Source: an uncultured Anaerolinea sp.
Lineage (GTDB): Bacteria > Chloroflexota > Anaerolineae > Anaerolineales > Anaerolineaceae
NCBI GenBank assembly: GCA_964403875.1
Contig: CAYOHX010000007.1
Location: forward strand, 3,842-67,841
Direction: 5' to 3'
DNA: 64,000 nucleotides
The notes below the pieces were generated by a model. The model was not told where the DNA came from. It made no database searches and saw only the letters and a program-made list of their open reading frames with translations. Each line of letters opens with the position of its first letter. The stretch's first letter is position 1. Both the position numbers and the translations under genes were made by a program. Shown one piece after another: positions 28,126 through 38,215 of the stretch.

Positions 28126-30228
28126 TTAATCGACTTGGAAATCGTTTTCGCCCAGCAAGCGGCCCATTTTTTGTAACTCGCGGCGTGTGCTGTGCAGCAG
28201 GTGCTGCATAGCCAGGGGCTGATCTTCGGCGGCGGCCAGATAGGCCGCATTGAGGATGATGTTGCGAATGTTGCCACCGGCCAGCTTGAAGCGTTTGGCC
28301 AGCAAGTCGAAGTCCAGGTTGGGGGCGGTGGGCACTTGGGTTGGGAAGAGCGCGCGCCAGATGCGCAGGCGGTCGGCTTCTTCAGGAAAGGGGAAGTCCA
28401 CGGCGTACTGCAAGCGGCGAGTGAAGGCTTCGTCCAGGTTGGCGCGCAGGTTGGTGGCCAGGATGGTGACCCCGTCGTAGGCTTCCATGCGCTGGAGCAG
28501 ATAGCTGATCTCCACGTTGGCGTAGCGGTCATGCGAATCACGCACTTCAGAGCGTTTGCCAAACAACGCGTCGGCTTCATCGAAGAAGAGAATGGCGTTG
28601 CTGGCTTCGGCCTGAGAAAAGACCTCGGCCAGGTTTTTCTCGGTTTCGCCAATGTACTTGGAAACGACCGAGGATAGATCGATGCGGTAGAGTGATAGTC
28701 CCAGTTCGCCAGCAATGATCTGGGCGGCCATTGTTTTTCCGGTGCCGGGCGGTCCGGCAAAGAGCACCGTGACGCCGAGGCTGGAAGCCAGCTTGCGGCC
28801 CAGGCCCCAACCTTCCAGTACCTGCGCCCGGCTGCGCACAGCGGTGACGATTTCGCGCAATTGGGCCAGCGGATCGGTAGGCAAAATCAAGTCTTCCCAA
28901 GTGTAGCGGGGCTGGATGGCCTGGGCCAGCAAAGACAGGCTGGGGTTCGATTGCGCCCGGGCGGCGGCAAACAGGTCATCGTCCTGCACGGGGCGGTTTT
29001 CCAACCCGGCGGCGTCGGCGGCGGCCTGGACGGCATCGCGGATCTGACCACTGCTGAGCTTGAACGAACCAGCCAGGAAAGCCACCTCACGGTCAGGCCG
29101 CCCCAGCGCCTCTTGCCACAGCTCGACGCGGCGCGTGTAATCGGGATTGTCAAAAGCCAGCCAGGCCAGGCGGCGCTCACGAGGCAGTCGCGAGGCGCGC
29201 CATTCGCGGCGGGCCGAGAGGACGACCGGGCCGGGATGGGCGCAGACTTCGGCCAGCAGGTCGGGCGGGGGAGACTGGCCTTCCAGGCAAGTTTCCCAGC
29301 CCTCAAAACACGCCACCGCTCCGAGCAGGCGGGCGTCGCGCAATGCCCGGCGGATCAGGGGCAGCAGGGGACGCTCGGCGGCAGAGGCCAGCGAGATGGA
29401 AAGCAGAGGACGGTTGGCCAGGGCCGCGGCTTGTAGGGCGGCGCTTCGGCGGGCGGTTTCGTCCAATCCGTACAGGCACAGCACCGCCTGGGCAGCCAGG
29501 GCACGTTCCAGGCGCGCGCCGAGTTCGCCCTGGATAGGCACGCCCGGCAGAAAGAGGCGCGCCAGGTCGTCCAGCGGCGCGGCGGGGGCGTAGGAGCCAT
29601 CCAGCAGCCAGGCCAGCACGGTTTCATCCACCAACAGAGGGCGGTTCTGGCGAGGTAAAGCGCTGCTTTCGGAAATGATATGCAGGAGGTGGAAGGTGAA
29701 GAGCGGGTTGGCCGGGTTGAGCGAGGCCAACGCGGCCATTCGCTCGGGGCCGCCGGGCGAAAGCACGTTGAGGGCCAGGTTAAGTGTGGCCTGCTTGCGA
29801 GTTACATCGTCCTGCAGGTAGCCATAAATCTGCTCAAAGGTCCGGTCCAGTTCGGGGGCCAGGGCCAGGAGGAACACATCCCGTTCGAAGGAGGTGAGGT
29901 TGCAAAGCCGGGCCAGCGCATCCAGGCGGGGAGTGTCGCCGGCGTTTTCCATCTGCGCCGCGATCTGACGAGCAGCCGCGGTGGCCTGGTCAAAGGAAGC
30001 AGTAAAGGCGGCTTCCTCTTCGGGCGAGAGGACTGCCGCGTCGCCCCAGGTGGTCAGTGGCGGGCGTTGCACAAGCTGTTGGGCGGTCGAATCGGCGATG
30101 TACAACCCGCGGTAAGGGTCGTTGGGATCTTGCCCGGCGCGCTGCCATACCAGTTGGCAGCGCTGCAAACGCACTTGCATGCGGGCCAATTCGGCAGGGA
30201 TATAAAGACAATTGAGGTCGGGCATCAC
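28126..30228 (-). CDS. AAA+ ATPase of the Afp15/Pvc15-like (eCIS-associated) type
   Basis: Motifs GPPGTGKT, SKYIGETEKNL, FFDEADALFGKRSEVRDSHDRYAN and LATN. The first AAA module is degenerate; N-terminal DPYRGLYI. Confidence 0.82.
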   Translation of the reverse strand: MMPDLNCLYIPAELARMQVRLQRCQLVWQRAGQDPNDPYRGLYIADSTAQQLVQRPPLTTWGDAAVLSPEEEAAFTASFDQATAAARQIAAQMENAGDTPRLDALARLCNLTSFERDVFLLALAPELDRTFEQIYGYLQDDVTRKQATLNLALNVLSPGGPERMAALASLNPANPLFTFHLLHIISESSALPRQNRPLLVDETVLAWLLDGSYAPAAPLDDLARLFLPGVPIQGELGARLERALAAQAVLCLYGLDETARRSAALQAAALANRPLLSISLASAAERPLLPLIRRALRDARLLGAVACFEGWETCLEGQSPPPDLLAEVCAHPGPVVLSARREWRASRLPRERRLAWLAFDNPDYTRRVELWQEALGRPDREVAFLAGSFKLSSGQIRDAVQAAADAAGLENRPVQDDDLFAAARAQSNPSLSLLAQAIQPRYTWEDLILPTDPLAQLREIVTAVRSRAQVLEGWGLGRKLASSLGVTVLFAGPPGTGKTMAAQIIAGELGLSLYRIDLSSVVSKYIGETEKNLAEVFSQAEASNAILFFDEADALFGKRSEVRDSHDRYANVEISYLLQRMEAYDGVTILATNLRANLDEAFTRRLQYAVDFPFPEEADRLRIWRALFPTQVPTAPNLDFDLLAKRFKLAGGNIRNIILNAAYLAAAEDQPLAMQHLLHSTRRELQKMGRLLGENDFQVD

Positions 30229-30449
30229 TTTGTATTATACAGGATTGTTGAGTTGCCTCTACGCTCGCGCTCAATCATATTTACTCCAGAAGAGGAAATG
30301 GGTTTTCCCGGAGCAAACGTGACAGTCTTGCCAACGTCCCCCAAGAATAACTTAACCTTGGAGGCTTATCCGGTATAATGGCCTAGTCCATTTGAACGTC
30401 TTCCCCCTCATACCTCTTCTGTATCCGCAAGGAGCGATTGCGAATCCCG

Positions 30450-31415
30450 ATGCTCACTTCTGAAACCAATTCCATCCATCTGAACAGCCGCCGTCTGTCG
30501 GTGGAAGTTGCTCGCCCTGGAACGGTGTATCAGGGTACGCGGTTTGACTGGACCGGGTTCGTCACGCAAGTTGTGCTGGACGGCAAGCATACCTTTTGCG
30601 TGCCGGAGTCGTTGACTCCTGGTCAGGGCACGGGGGGAATTGGCATTTGCAACGAATTTGGTATCGATATCGGCACGGGGTATGACGAGGTTGGGGCGGG
30701 GGGCTTGTTCCCGAAATTTGGTGTGGGTCTGCTGAAGCGCGGACCAGAGCCGAAGTACAGTTTTTGGCATTCTCAGCCGGTTGGGCAGGCTTTTCCCATC
30801 GACATCAGCTCTACAGAGACCAGTGTTACTTTCAGGCTTCAACCGGTGGAATGCAGGGGGTATGCGGCCCGGCAGACCAAAACTCTGACGGTGATGGAAA
30901 ACCAGCTTGAAGTTGCGTATCGCATGGAAAACACCGGCAACAAGCCGATTCGGACCAACGAATACGTGCACAACTTCATCGGTATCGATGGACTGCTGCT
31001 GGGACCTGAATATCAGGTGATTTTTCCGTATCCGGTAGTATTTGAGAAAGCAAACGCGCCCGTGGTGGGGCTGATGAAGCTGCTGCCCGGTTTCTTGCGG
31101 GCGCGGATCGACCGAGCCTACGCGGAGAAATCCATTGAACCTTTGGAAGCGCAAGGGGATCATATCCAGATCAAGCATATGCCTCAGCGCTCCTTTTACT
31201 GCCGGATGCAGGGCTTTCAGCGCAGCGATCAGCCGCAGTGGGAACTGCGTCACCTTACCAGTGGGGTGAGCATGCGCGAGTACGACGACTTTGCTCCTTG
31301 CCGCGTGGCGATGTGGGGCGAGGCGCACGTGATTAGCGTGGAGGTGTTCGTGGCGATCGATCTCCAGCCTGGGGAGTCGATGAGCTGGAAACGACGCTTT
31401 GAATTCAATGGATAA
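30450..31415 (+). CDS. Conserved hypothetical protein, probable galactose-mutarotase-like fold
   Basis: Motifs YQGTRFDWTG, Y.MEN.G and YVHNF; beta-rich. Confidence 0.65.
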   Translation: MLTSETNSIHLNSRRLSVEVARPGTVYQGTRFDWTGFVTQVVLDGKHTFCVPESLTPGQGTGGIGICNEFGIDIGTGYDEVGAGGLFPKFGVGLLKRGPEPKYSFWHSQPVGQAFPIDISSTETSVTFRLQPVECRGYAARQTKTLTVMENQLEVAYRMENTGNKPIRTNEYVHNFIGIDGLLLGPEYQVIFPYPVVFEKANAPVVGLMKLLPGFLRARIDRAYAEKSIEPLEAQGDHIQIKHMPQRSFYCRMQGFQRSDQPQWELRHLTSGVSMREYDDFAPCRVAMWGEAHVISVEVFVAIDLQPGESMSWKRRFEFNG

Positions 31416-31493
31416 GCACGCCGACCACGTCGATTCCCAATGAACCTGAATCTTTTGGAAGGCCATGCATAATTTCCATGCTAGAATTTAAGT

Positions 31494-32939
31494 ATGGCTA
31501 GATTTCACATCTCGCGCTCTCACTGGTTTCTATTGGCTTTTCTCGCGGTGGGCCTGATTTGCAGGATTTACGCGAGCGATCCTTCGTGGCTGCACTACGA
31601 TGAAAATTATTACATCAATATAGCCCAAAATTATGAGGACCGTGGAGAACTGACACCTCATATGTGGCGACTGGAAGATACCAGCATCATCTCTGGGGGC
31701 GGTAGTGGGTATGGGATTATTGTCCTGGCCAAGTTGTTGAATTGGATGGGAAATTCTCTGGTGGGTGGCCGACTGCTCAATGCTGGTTTCAGTTTGCTGG
31801 CCGGCTGGGTGATGTATTTTGTCGCGCGGATGTGGTGGGGAGAGAAATCGGCAGGGGTGTTTGCTTTCCTTTATGCAATTGCTTCGCCGAGTGGGTTCTA
31901 TGCTTTGATCTTAAAGATGGACGCTCTCGCGATTCTCGTCCATGCGCTCATCCTGCTGCTTTTTACCCTGGCCGTCCGGCGAAAGATCACTTGGCTGTAC
32001 GGTTTGGTGGCAGTTTTGGGCGTGGCGGCCATGGAATTTCACGTGCTCAGCGCATTGTATCTGGCTGGGATGGGTTTCTTTGTCGCCATTTCCAACTTGC
32101 TCAGCATGATTGAACAAAGAAAATTTCGGATTTTGCCCGAAACCTGGTTTTTCTTTTCTGGGGCGTTGGCCGCGGGGGTGGTTTACCTGGCCGTGCATGT
32201 GCTCCCTGCGCCTCAAGAATATTTCATGGTGTCCAATACATGCTTTGAATGTGACGAATTTTTTGTTGTAACCGAATTCAAACGTTTTCTGCGCTTAATG
32301 ACATTCCGCCCGATTGAAATGCTGGTGGCGCTTTTGGTCGTGGTGGCAGCCTGGAAACGCGGACAATCGCGGGATCGAGAGTATTTGATCTATTTCGCCG
32401 GCTGGTTCCTGGCCCAGGTGGTGATTGGCGTGCCGCCTTATGATCATTATTCGAATCACATGTGGCCTTTGCTGGCGTTGGGGTTCGCCGGTCTCGCCGC
32501 GCTTGGCTTCAAGCAAGGCGAGGCGAAGCGAAAAATTTGGGGCGCTGTTGGCTACGCAGCGGCGGCGTTGATGCTGGTTGCCAACATGGCGCAGTTGCAA
32601 ACCGGGTCGATCCCCTATCTATTGAAATATTCCCCGCAGGAAACCGAAGCGCTGGCATATATCCGGCAGCATGTGCCTGTCGATACTGTGGTGATGGCCA
32701 AGGTTCCAGATTTTTACCCGTTGAGGGATTACCGGAATTTCCTCTCTCATCGGGATGGCAGTGAGTACGGAATCTTGATTCGAGGCGAGTCGATGACGAA
32801 TTTCTGGGAGCGCGAGCGTCCGCGGGTGATCTACATGAAACCGGAGGATCTTGAGGCGGATTTTGTCCTGGAGCAGTATATTCAAGAGAACAATTTCATC
32901 GAGGTATATCCTGATTTATGGATCGCTCCTGATTTGTAA
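31494..32939 (+). CDS. GT-C membrane glycosyltransferase (ArnT/PMT family 39-like)
   Basis: HYDENYY (DE motif) after the first TM helix, GRLLN, and many TM helices. Confidence 0.75.
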   Translation: MARFHISRSHWFLLAFLAVGLICRIYASDPSWLHYDENYYINIAQNYEDRGELTPHMWRLEDTSIISGGGSGYGIIVLAKLLNWMGNSLVGGRLLNAGFSLLAGWVMYFVARMWWGEKSAGVFAFLYAIASPSGFYALILKMDALAILVHALILLLFTLAVRRKITWLYGLVAVLGVAAMEFHVLSALYLAGMGFFVAISNLLSMIEQRKFRILPETWFFFSGALAAGVVYLAVHVLPAPQEYFMVSNTCFECDEFFVVTEFKRFLRLMTFRPIEMLVALLVVVAAWKRGQSRDREYLIYFAGWFLAQVVIGVPPYDHYSNHMWPLLALGFAGLAALGFKQGEAKRKIWGAVGYAAAALMLVANMAQLQTGSIPYLLKYSPQETEALAYIRQHVPVDTVVMAKVPDFYPLRDYRNFLSHRDGSEYGILIRGESMTNFWERERPRVIYMKPEDLEADFVLEQYIQENNFIEVYPDLWIAPDL

Positions 32940-32948
32940 CTTTTTGCC

Positions 32949-33662
32949 GTGCTGAGGGATTGCTTGAGTCATTCTACTGCCCCGTATGTTCTGAAATCAG
33001 ATCCGTGGTCCAGCCATTCAAGGATTGTTGGATGGATGCGATCCCGTTCGAACTGGAAAGAGGTTGTGGAGATTGGAACGGCAGACGGAATTCTGGGGCG
33101 GATGTTGACACCGCGCTCCTACCGGTTGGTGGGCGTCGAAATCGATGCGGATTGGGCGGAGAAGGCCGGGCCGTATTACGACACAATGATCCATGCAGAT
33201 ATTCAGCAAGTTGATCTCGATATTTTTCGGGGCGTCGACTGCGTGATTTTTGGGGACGTGCTGGAGCACTTGCCGCGACCTGAAAAGACGCTTGGTGGTA
33301 TCGTGGCCCAACTTTCCCGAGACAGCGTGTGCATCATCAGTGTTCCCAATGTCGCCAATATTTGGGTCCGGCTCAATTTATTGGCGGGCAGGTTTGATTA
33401 TGCCAAACGCGGAATCCTGGACGAAACCCATTTGCGGTTTTTTACCAGAAAAACCTTTTTGCGCATGTTAGCCAACAGTGGATTGATTGTAAACGAAGTG
33501 GCGTATACCCCCATTCCCCTCAACCTGCTGCACCCGGTTTTTGCAAAAACTGGGCCGGGAAGGATGATCCACCAGTTGTTGTATACACTTACCCGTTGGT
33601 TCCCCACATTGTTCGCTTACCAGATGATTGGTCGCTGCCAAAAGCGTTTGGAGGAAGAATGA
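32949..33662 (+). CDS. Class I SAM-dependent methyltransferase
   Basis: Motifs EIGTADG, DVLEHL, SVPN and GILDETHLRFFT. Confidence 0.85.
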   Translation: MLRDCLSHSTAPYVLKSDPWSSHSRIVGWMRSRSNWKEVVEIGTADGILGRMLTPRSYRLVGVEIDADWAEKAGPYYDTMIHADIQQVDLDIFRGVDCVIFGDVLEHLPRPEKTLGGIVAQLSRDSVCIISVPNVANIWVRLNLLAGRFDYAKRGILDETHLRFFTRKTFLRMLANSGLIVNEVAYTPIPLNLLHPVFAKTGPGRMIHQLLYTLTRWFPTLFAYQMIGRCQKRLEEE

Positions 33663-34408
33663 ATCCAGCCCCCACCCCGACAATTTTCATCGTCCTGCCC
33701 GCTTATAACGCAGAGAAGACCCTGGAAATGACGTATCATGAGATTCCGGAAGAATATCGGGCTCACATCCTCCTGGTGGATGATTGCTCGAAGGACAGGA
33801 CGGTTGCAGTCGCCGAACAGCTTGGCATTCCAGTCATTCGACACGAGCGGAATTTGGGGTATGGCGGAAATCAGAAGACTTGTTATACAAACGCCTTGAG
33901 CCGCGGCGCGGACATCGTGGTGATGCTCCACCCAGATCATCAGTATGACGCGAAAATCATCCCGGCTCTGGTCAAGCCTATTCTGGCAGGTGAAGCCGAT
34001 GCGGTGTTTGGTTCGCGCATGTTGGGGGGGAGACCTTTGCAGAACGGGATGCCGCAGTATAAGTACATCGCCAATATCCTTTTAACGGCCTTTGCCAACC
34101 TGGTTTTCAAACGCTATTTGTCGGAAATCCACTCCGGTTTTCGGGCCTATTCACGGAAGTACCTTGAACATGTTCGGTTTGAAGAAAACAGTAACGATTT
34201 TGTGTTCGACACCGAAATCATTGCCCAGGGGATGGCGAATAATTTGTTCTTTCAGGAAGTACCGATTGAAACCCGGTATTTTCCAGAGGCATCTTCGATC
34301 AATTTTAGCCGCAGCGTGGTGTATGGATTTGGCGTCCTGGGAGTGCTTTTGAAATATGATTTACACTTGAAAGGCATTCTTAAGCAGAAAAAATTCTTTT
34401 CGAAGTGA
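33659..34408 (+). CDS. Glycosyltransferase family 2, polyprenol-phosphate-sugar synthase (DPM1-like)
   Basis: Motifs LPAYNAE, VDDCSKD, NLGYGGNQK, GSR and SGFRAYS. The ATG at 33659 overlaps the upstream stop. Confidence 0.88.
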   Translation: MNPAPTPTIFIVLPAYNAEKTLEMTYHEIPEEYRAHILLVDDCSKDRTVAVAEQLGIPVIRHERNLGYGGNQKTCYTNALSRGADIVVMLHPDHQYDAKIIPALVKPILAGEADAVFGSRMLGGRPLQNGMPQYKYIANILLTAFANLVFKRYLSEIHSGFRAYSRKYLEHVRFEENSNDFVFDTEIIAQGMANNLFFQEVPIETRYFPEASSINFSRSVVYGFGVLGVLLKYDLHLKGILKQKKFFSK

Positions 34409-34421
34409 CGCGGAGGTAAGC

Positions 34422-35375
34422 ATGTCGAACCTGTATGAACTGCTGGAGAAACCTCAAGCCGATGAAATGTATATGATCGCCGGGTGGCGGCAGTGGGCGG
34501 ATGCCGGTTCGGTATCTTCGGGACTGCCGGAATACCTGATTGAATTGAGCGGGGCCCGACTGATTGGTTCGATTCCGCCGGAAGGGTATTACCTGTTCCA
34601 GATTCCGGGCACGCATGATCTGATGCGCCCGATTGTTCGCTTTGACGAGGGGTATCCCGCCGAGCTGGACTCGCCGGAGAATCGCTTCTTCTACACTGAG
34701 AACAGCCGCCGGGGCGTGGTAATTTTCCTCGGCGACGAGCCGCACATGGACATCGAGCGCTATACGCGGGCGTTTTTGAGCATGGCCCGCGAGTTGGGCG
34801 TGCGGCGGATCGTGGGGCTGGGTGGGGTGTATGGCGAGCTGCCTTACGACAAAGAGCGAACCGTGTCGGGTAGTTACAGCCTGCGGGCGATGAAGGAAGA
34901 GATGAAAGGCCTGGCGTTGAGCCTGACCGAATATCAGGGGGGCTCCAGCATCAGTTCTTATATTTGTCGACGGGCAGGCGAACGAGGCATGGAATTCGTC
35001 GGCATGTATGGGCTGGTGCCGCTGTATGATTTCACCAATCTGGCCCAGATTGGCCACTCTGTGCGCATTGAGAACGATTACGTGGCCTGGCTGGCTATTT
35101 TGCGGCGGATCAATTACATGTTCAAAGCCAGCTTTGATTTGAGCGAGCTGAGCTCGCAGGGCCAGGCCCTGACCCGTGAGTTGGCCCAACGAATTGAGGA
35201 GTTTGACAAAATGGCCCCGGACGCGGGCGTGAAGGAATACTTCCGCAAGCTGGCGGAAGATTATGACGAAACGCACTTCATCCCGCTGGATGATGTTTGG
35301 GAAGAGAACCTGCGCAAGATTCTGGATAAGTTCGAGGACGGAGAAGAGCCGGAGAGCCCTCCCGAAGAAGAGTGA
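34422..35375 (+). CDS. PAC2-family (proteasome assembly chaperone-like) protein
   Basis: Motifs GWRQWADAG, MRP, GDEPH, GLGG and VPLY; acidic tail. Confidence 0.75.
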   Translation: MSNLYELLEKPQADEMYMIAGWRQWADAGSVSSGLPEYLIELSGARLIGSIPPEGYYLFQIPGTHDLMRPIVRFDEGYPAELDSPENRFFYTENSRRGVVIFLGDEPHMDIERYTRAFLSMARELGVRRIVGLGGVYGELPYDKERTVSGSYSLRAMKEEMKGLALSLTEYQGGSSISSYICRRAGERGMEFVGMYGLVPLYDFTNLAQIGHSVRIENDYVAWLAILRRINYMFKASFDLSELSSQGQALTRELAQRIEEFDKMAPDAGVKEYFRKLAEDYDETHFIPLDDVWEENLRKILDKFEDGEEPESPPEEE

Positions 35376-35378
35376 GGG

Positions 35379-37037
35379 CTAACTGCGGCGGACTGACTCC
35401 TGCCGGACCAACTCGCGGCGGAGGAGTTTTCCCACGGGCGTGCGGGGGAGTTTTTCGATGAACCCGACCTCCACCGGCACTTTGTAGTAGACCAACTCAG
35501 CGCGGCACCAGGCGATGATTTCGGCGGCTTCCACCTGGGCGCCAGGGCGGACCACCACCCAGGCTTTGACAGCCTCGCCCCGCATTGGATGGGGCACGCC
35601 CGCCGCGGCGGCTTCCAACACGCCGGGATGGCGAGCCAGCACCTCTTCGACCTCGCGCGGCCATACAGAAAAACCGCTGACCTTGATGAGATCCTTCTTC
35701 CGGTCGATGATATAGAAATACCCGTCTGCGTCCATGCGAGCAATGTCGCCGGTGTGCAGCCAGCCATCCTGGAGCGTTTCGGCGGTTTCTTCGGGCTGAT
35801 TGTGATAGCCCTGCATGACCTGCGGCCCGCGGATGAGCAGTTCGCCGGGCTGGCCGGGGGGCAGCTCGCTGCGCCCGTCTTTCAGGCTGACGATACGGCA
35901 GTCCACGTCGGGCAGGGGCAGGCCGATGGAACCAGCGCGCTTCTCGCCCAGCATGGGGTTGCAGTGGGTGGCGGTGGGGGCTTCGGAGAGACCGTAGCCT
36001 TCCATCAGGCTGGCCCCGGTGAGGGATTCAAAGCGCTCGCGCACCTCGGTCAGCAGGGGGGCCGAGCCGGAGATGCAGGCGCGGATGGAACGCAGTTCGT
36101 ATTTCCCGGCGGCCACATCGGGGTGGCGGTTGATGGCCGCGTACATGGACGGCACGCCAGGGTAAAAACTGGCCTGGTAGGTTTGAATGGAATCCAGCAG
36201 GGCGGGCAGGTTGCGCGGATCGTCGACCAGCACCAGGCGCGCGCCCAACATGATCCCCACGCTCATGCCCACCACCATGCCGTAAACGTGGTAGAGGGGG
36301 ATGGCCAGCAGGACGGTCTCGCGTCCATCTTGCAGCCCGGCCAGCCAGTGACGAAATTGTAGGGTGTTGGCCGCCAGGTTGCGGTGCAGGCCGATGGCGG
36401 CTTTGGGGGTGCCGGTGGTGCCGCCGCTGTATTGGAAGATGGCCGGGTCATCGGGCGAAATCTGCCCCGAGAGGGCCGGGTCGGCCCGGAAGGTTCTCAC
36501 GAGCGATTCCAGCCAGGCGTCGCCGTCGGGCAGGCTTTGCCTGCGCACCAGGGCGCCGTCCAGCCAGCCGGGGAGGTCATCTTCGAGCGAGACGGGGAAG
36601 CAGCCTTGCAGGCCGCTTTGGGCGCGGATGGATTGCAGCATGGGATACAGGCTGTGCAGGCCGATCCACCAGGTGGCCCCGGCGTCGTTGAGTTGGTGCA
36701 AGGTTTCGGGGGCGGGTGAGTTGGGGTTGAGCGCCGAGACGACCCCGCCCGCCTTGAGCACGGCGTAGTAGGCCAGGATGAAGTGGGGGGAGTTGGGCAG
36801 CATGAGGGCCACGCGCTGGCCTTGTTGCAGGCCGCGGGCGTGCAGCCCGGCTGCCAGGCGGTCGGTGAGGGCGGCCATTTGGGAATAGGTGATGACCTGA
36901 TCGTGGAAAACGGCGCAGGTCTGTTCGGGGTAGCGCCGGGCGGCCTCGTCGAGGAAGTCAAAGACGCGACGGGGCGGGTAGGTGAGGGAAGGAGGCACGC
37001 CGGGGTCGTAGTGGTTGAGCCAGGGTTGGGGGGACAT
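35379..37037 (-). CDS. Long-chain fatty acid--CoA ligase
   Basis: Motifs YSGGTTGTPK, EGYGLSE, HTGD, DRKKD and GKLLRR. ATG start at 37037. Confidence 0.92.
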   Translation of the reverse strand: MSPQPWLNHYDPGVPPSLTYPPRRVFDFLDEAARRYPEQTCAVFHDQVITYSQMAALTDRLAAGLHARGLQQGQRVALMLPNSPHFILAYYAVLKAGGVVSALNPNSPAPETLHQLNDAGATWWIGLHSLYPMLQSIRAQSGLQGCFPVSLEDDLPGWLDGALVRRQSLPDGDAWLESLVRTFRADPALSGQISPDDPAIFQYSGGTTGTPKAAIGLHRNLAANTLQFRHWLAGLQDGRETVLLAIPLYHVYGMVVGMSVGIMLGARLVLVDDPRNLPALLDSIQTYQASFYPGVPSMYAAINRHPDVAAGKYELRSIRACISGSAPLLTEVRERFESLTGASLMEGYGLSEAPTATHCNPMLGEKRAGSIGLPLPDVDCRIVSLKDGRSELPPGQPGELLIRGPQVMQGYHNQPEETAETLQDGWLHTGDIARMDADGYFYIIDRKKDLIKVSGFSVWPREVEEVLARHPGVLEAAAAGVPHPMRGEAVKAWVVVRPGAQVEAAEIIAWCRAELVYYKVPVEVGFIEKLPRTPVGKLLRRELVRQESVRRS

Positions 37038-37094
37038 GGGGTAATTGTAAAGGAAATCCACGAACCCTGGCAAGTGCATTCCAGGGCAAGTGTT

Positions 37095-37123
37095 ACGCGA
37101 ATGCGTGCGAATGGAGACGAATG
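37095..37123 (+). repeat. Array of 3 CGAAT units at 10-bp period (inverted relative to the 38.0 and 38.9 kb arrays)
   Basis: acgcgaatgcgtgcgaatggagacgaatg, with CGAAT at 37098, 37108 and 37118. Confidence 0.75.
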
Positions 37124-37153
37124 GAAAAATTGTGATCTAGGCGTGGCAGTGCG

Positions 37154-37957
37154 TCAATAACGCCCGATTTCTGTATAATACCAAACTCCGTTCCGTTGTC
37201 CCCAAAAACCAACCCAGTTGCTTGCGGCTATTGGATTTCGTTCAGCAGCCGAACAACATTGATAATGAGTTACCTCGTCGTAGGTGACGGGTAAATCCTC
37301 ATCATTGAAGGATAAATGAATTCGGCTGTCCTTCTGATAGAAATAAAAAGGTTTGCCATCAAGAAGTTGAAAACCAAACATTTCCTCGTAGCCGTACTGT
37401 TCATTAAGGAACAACCCGCCGCGATAAATTTGTCCCACAGCATTGGAATGCACTGTGTTTCCATCTGTGGTGTTGGTAACAAAGGCGATTTCGAGGATCC
37501 AATGTTCCTGATCAACCCATAACCCACGTAGTGGTTGAATGGGGCTCACATCGCCACCGTTAAACTCAAAAATTGTGATTTCGTCCTGCTGTAAAACTAC
37601 CTTAACTTCACCACTTACTTTGGTGTCTAGAATTGCCTTGAAGCGGTTGTCACCGTTCGTAGGATAAGGCAATTTGTATTCGTAAGGTTCATCTTTTGAT
37701 TGAGCATGTTGTTGAAGAACAGCTTCGTGTTGTTCCTGTCCCAAAATTTCATTCTCCTCGATCGTTAAGCCGAGGTTATTGGGTATGGGTGTACTGAATG
37801 GCATAGATATCGGTGTGGCCGTTGATGAAATGGTAGAGGGAGAAGCCTGTAAATCAGGAGTTGGCGAAAATTGCATAGGAGTCTGTTGGGAGTTCGTACA
37901 TCCATATATGAAAACAATGAATAGAGCCAAAACAGTCCATTTGTACAATGGTTTCAT
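37154..37957 (-). CDS. Hypothetical lipoprotein (AT-richer accessory gene)
   Basis: Signal peptide with lipobox IYG-C, GGAGG RBS, and a Pro/Thr/Ser linker. Confidence 0.8.
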   Translation of the reverse strand: MKPLYKWTVLALFIVFIYGCTNSQQTPMQFSPTPDLQASPSTISSTATPISMPFSTPIPNNLGLTIEENEILGQEQHEAVLQQHAQSKDEPYEYKLPYPTNGDNRFKAILDTKVSGEVKVVLQQDEITIFEFNGGDVSPIQPLRGLWVDQEHWILEIAFVTNTTDGNTVHSNAVGQIYRGGLFLNEQYGYEEMFGFQLLDGKPFYFYQKDSRIHLSFNDEDLPVTYDEVTHYQCCSAAERNPIAASNWVGFWGQRNGVWYYTEIGRY

Positions 37958-38017
37958 GGGATCCTCCATGTGACAATCTTTTCATCGTGCGAACAATACG
38001 ATGTGAGTTTCCGAATC

Positions 38018-38060
38018 CATTCGCGCGCATTAGCGCATTATTCGCGCAAATTCGCGGTTA
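38018..38060 (-). repeat. Array of 4 CGAAT-like units at ~10-bp period starting at a TAA stop
   Basis: Minus strand TAACCGCGAATTTGCGCGAATAATGCGCTAATGCGCGCGAAT. Confidence 0.8.
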
Positions 38061-38151
38061 AATCTCCCCTATGATCAACTGTACCATCCTCTCGACCGGA
38101 CTCGAGTCGGCGGGGAACCAGTGGATGGTGGGGTCTTCTTCTGGAACCAGG
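38058..38151 (-). pseudogene. Diverged duplicate of the miaA 3' end (about 30 codons plus stop)
   Basis: 38058-38141 aligns ungapped to 38968-39051 with 13 mismatches in 84 nt. It encodes EEDPTIHWFPADSSPVERMVQLIIGEI* versus MiaA EEDPTIHWFQADPSPVEGIVELIRGGF*. Confidence 0.9.
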
Positions 38152-38215
38152 TGTTCTCCAGGGTCATTTTGGCACGCAATCTGCCTTCATTCTCAAGAAA
38201 TGGTGTTTACCATCC

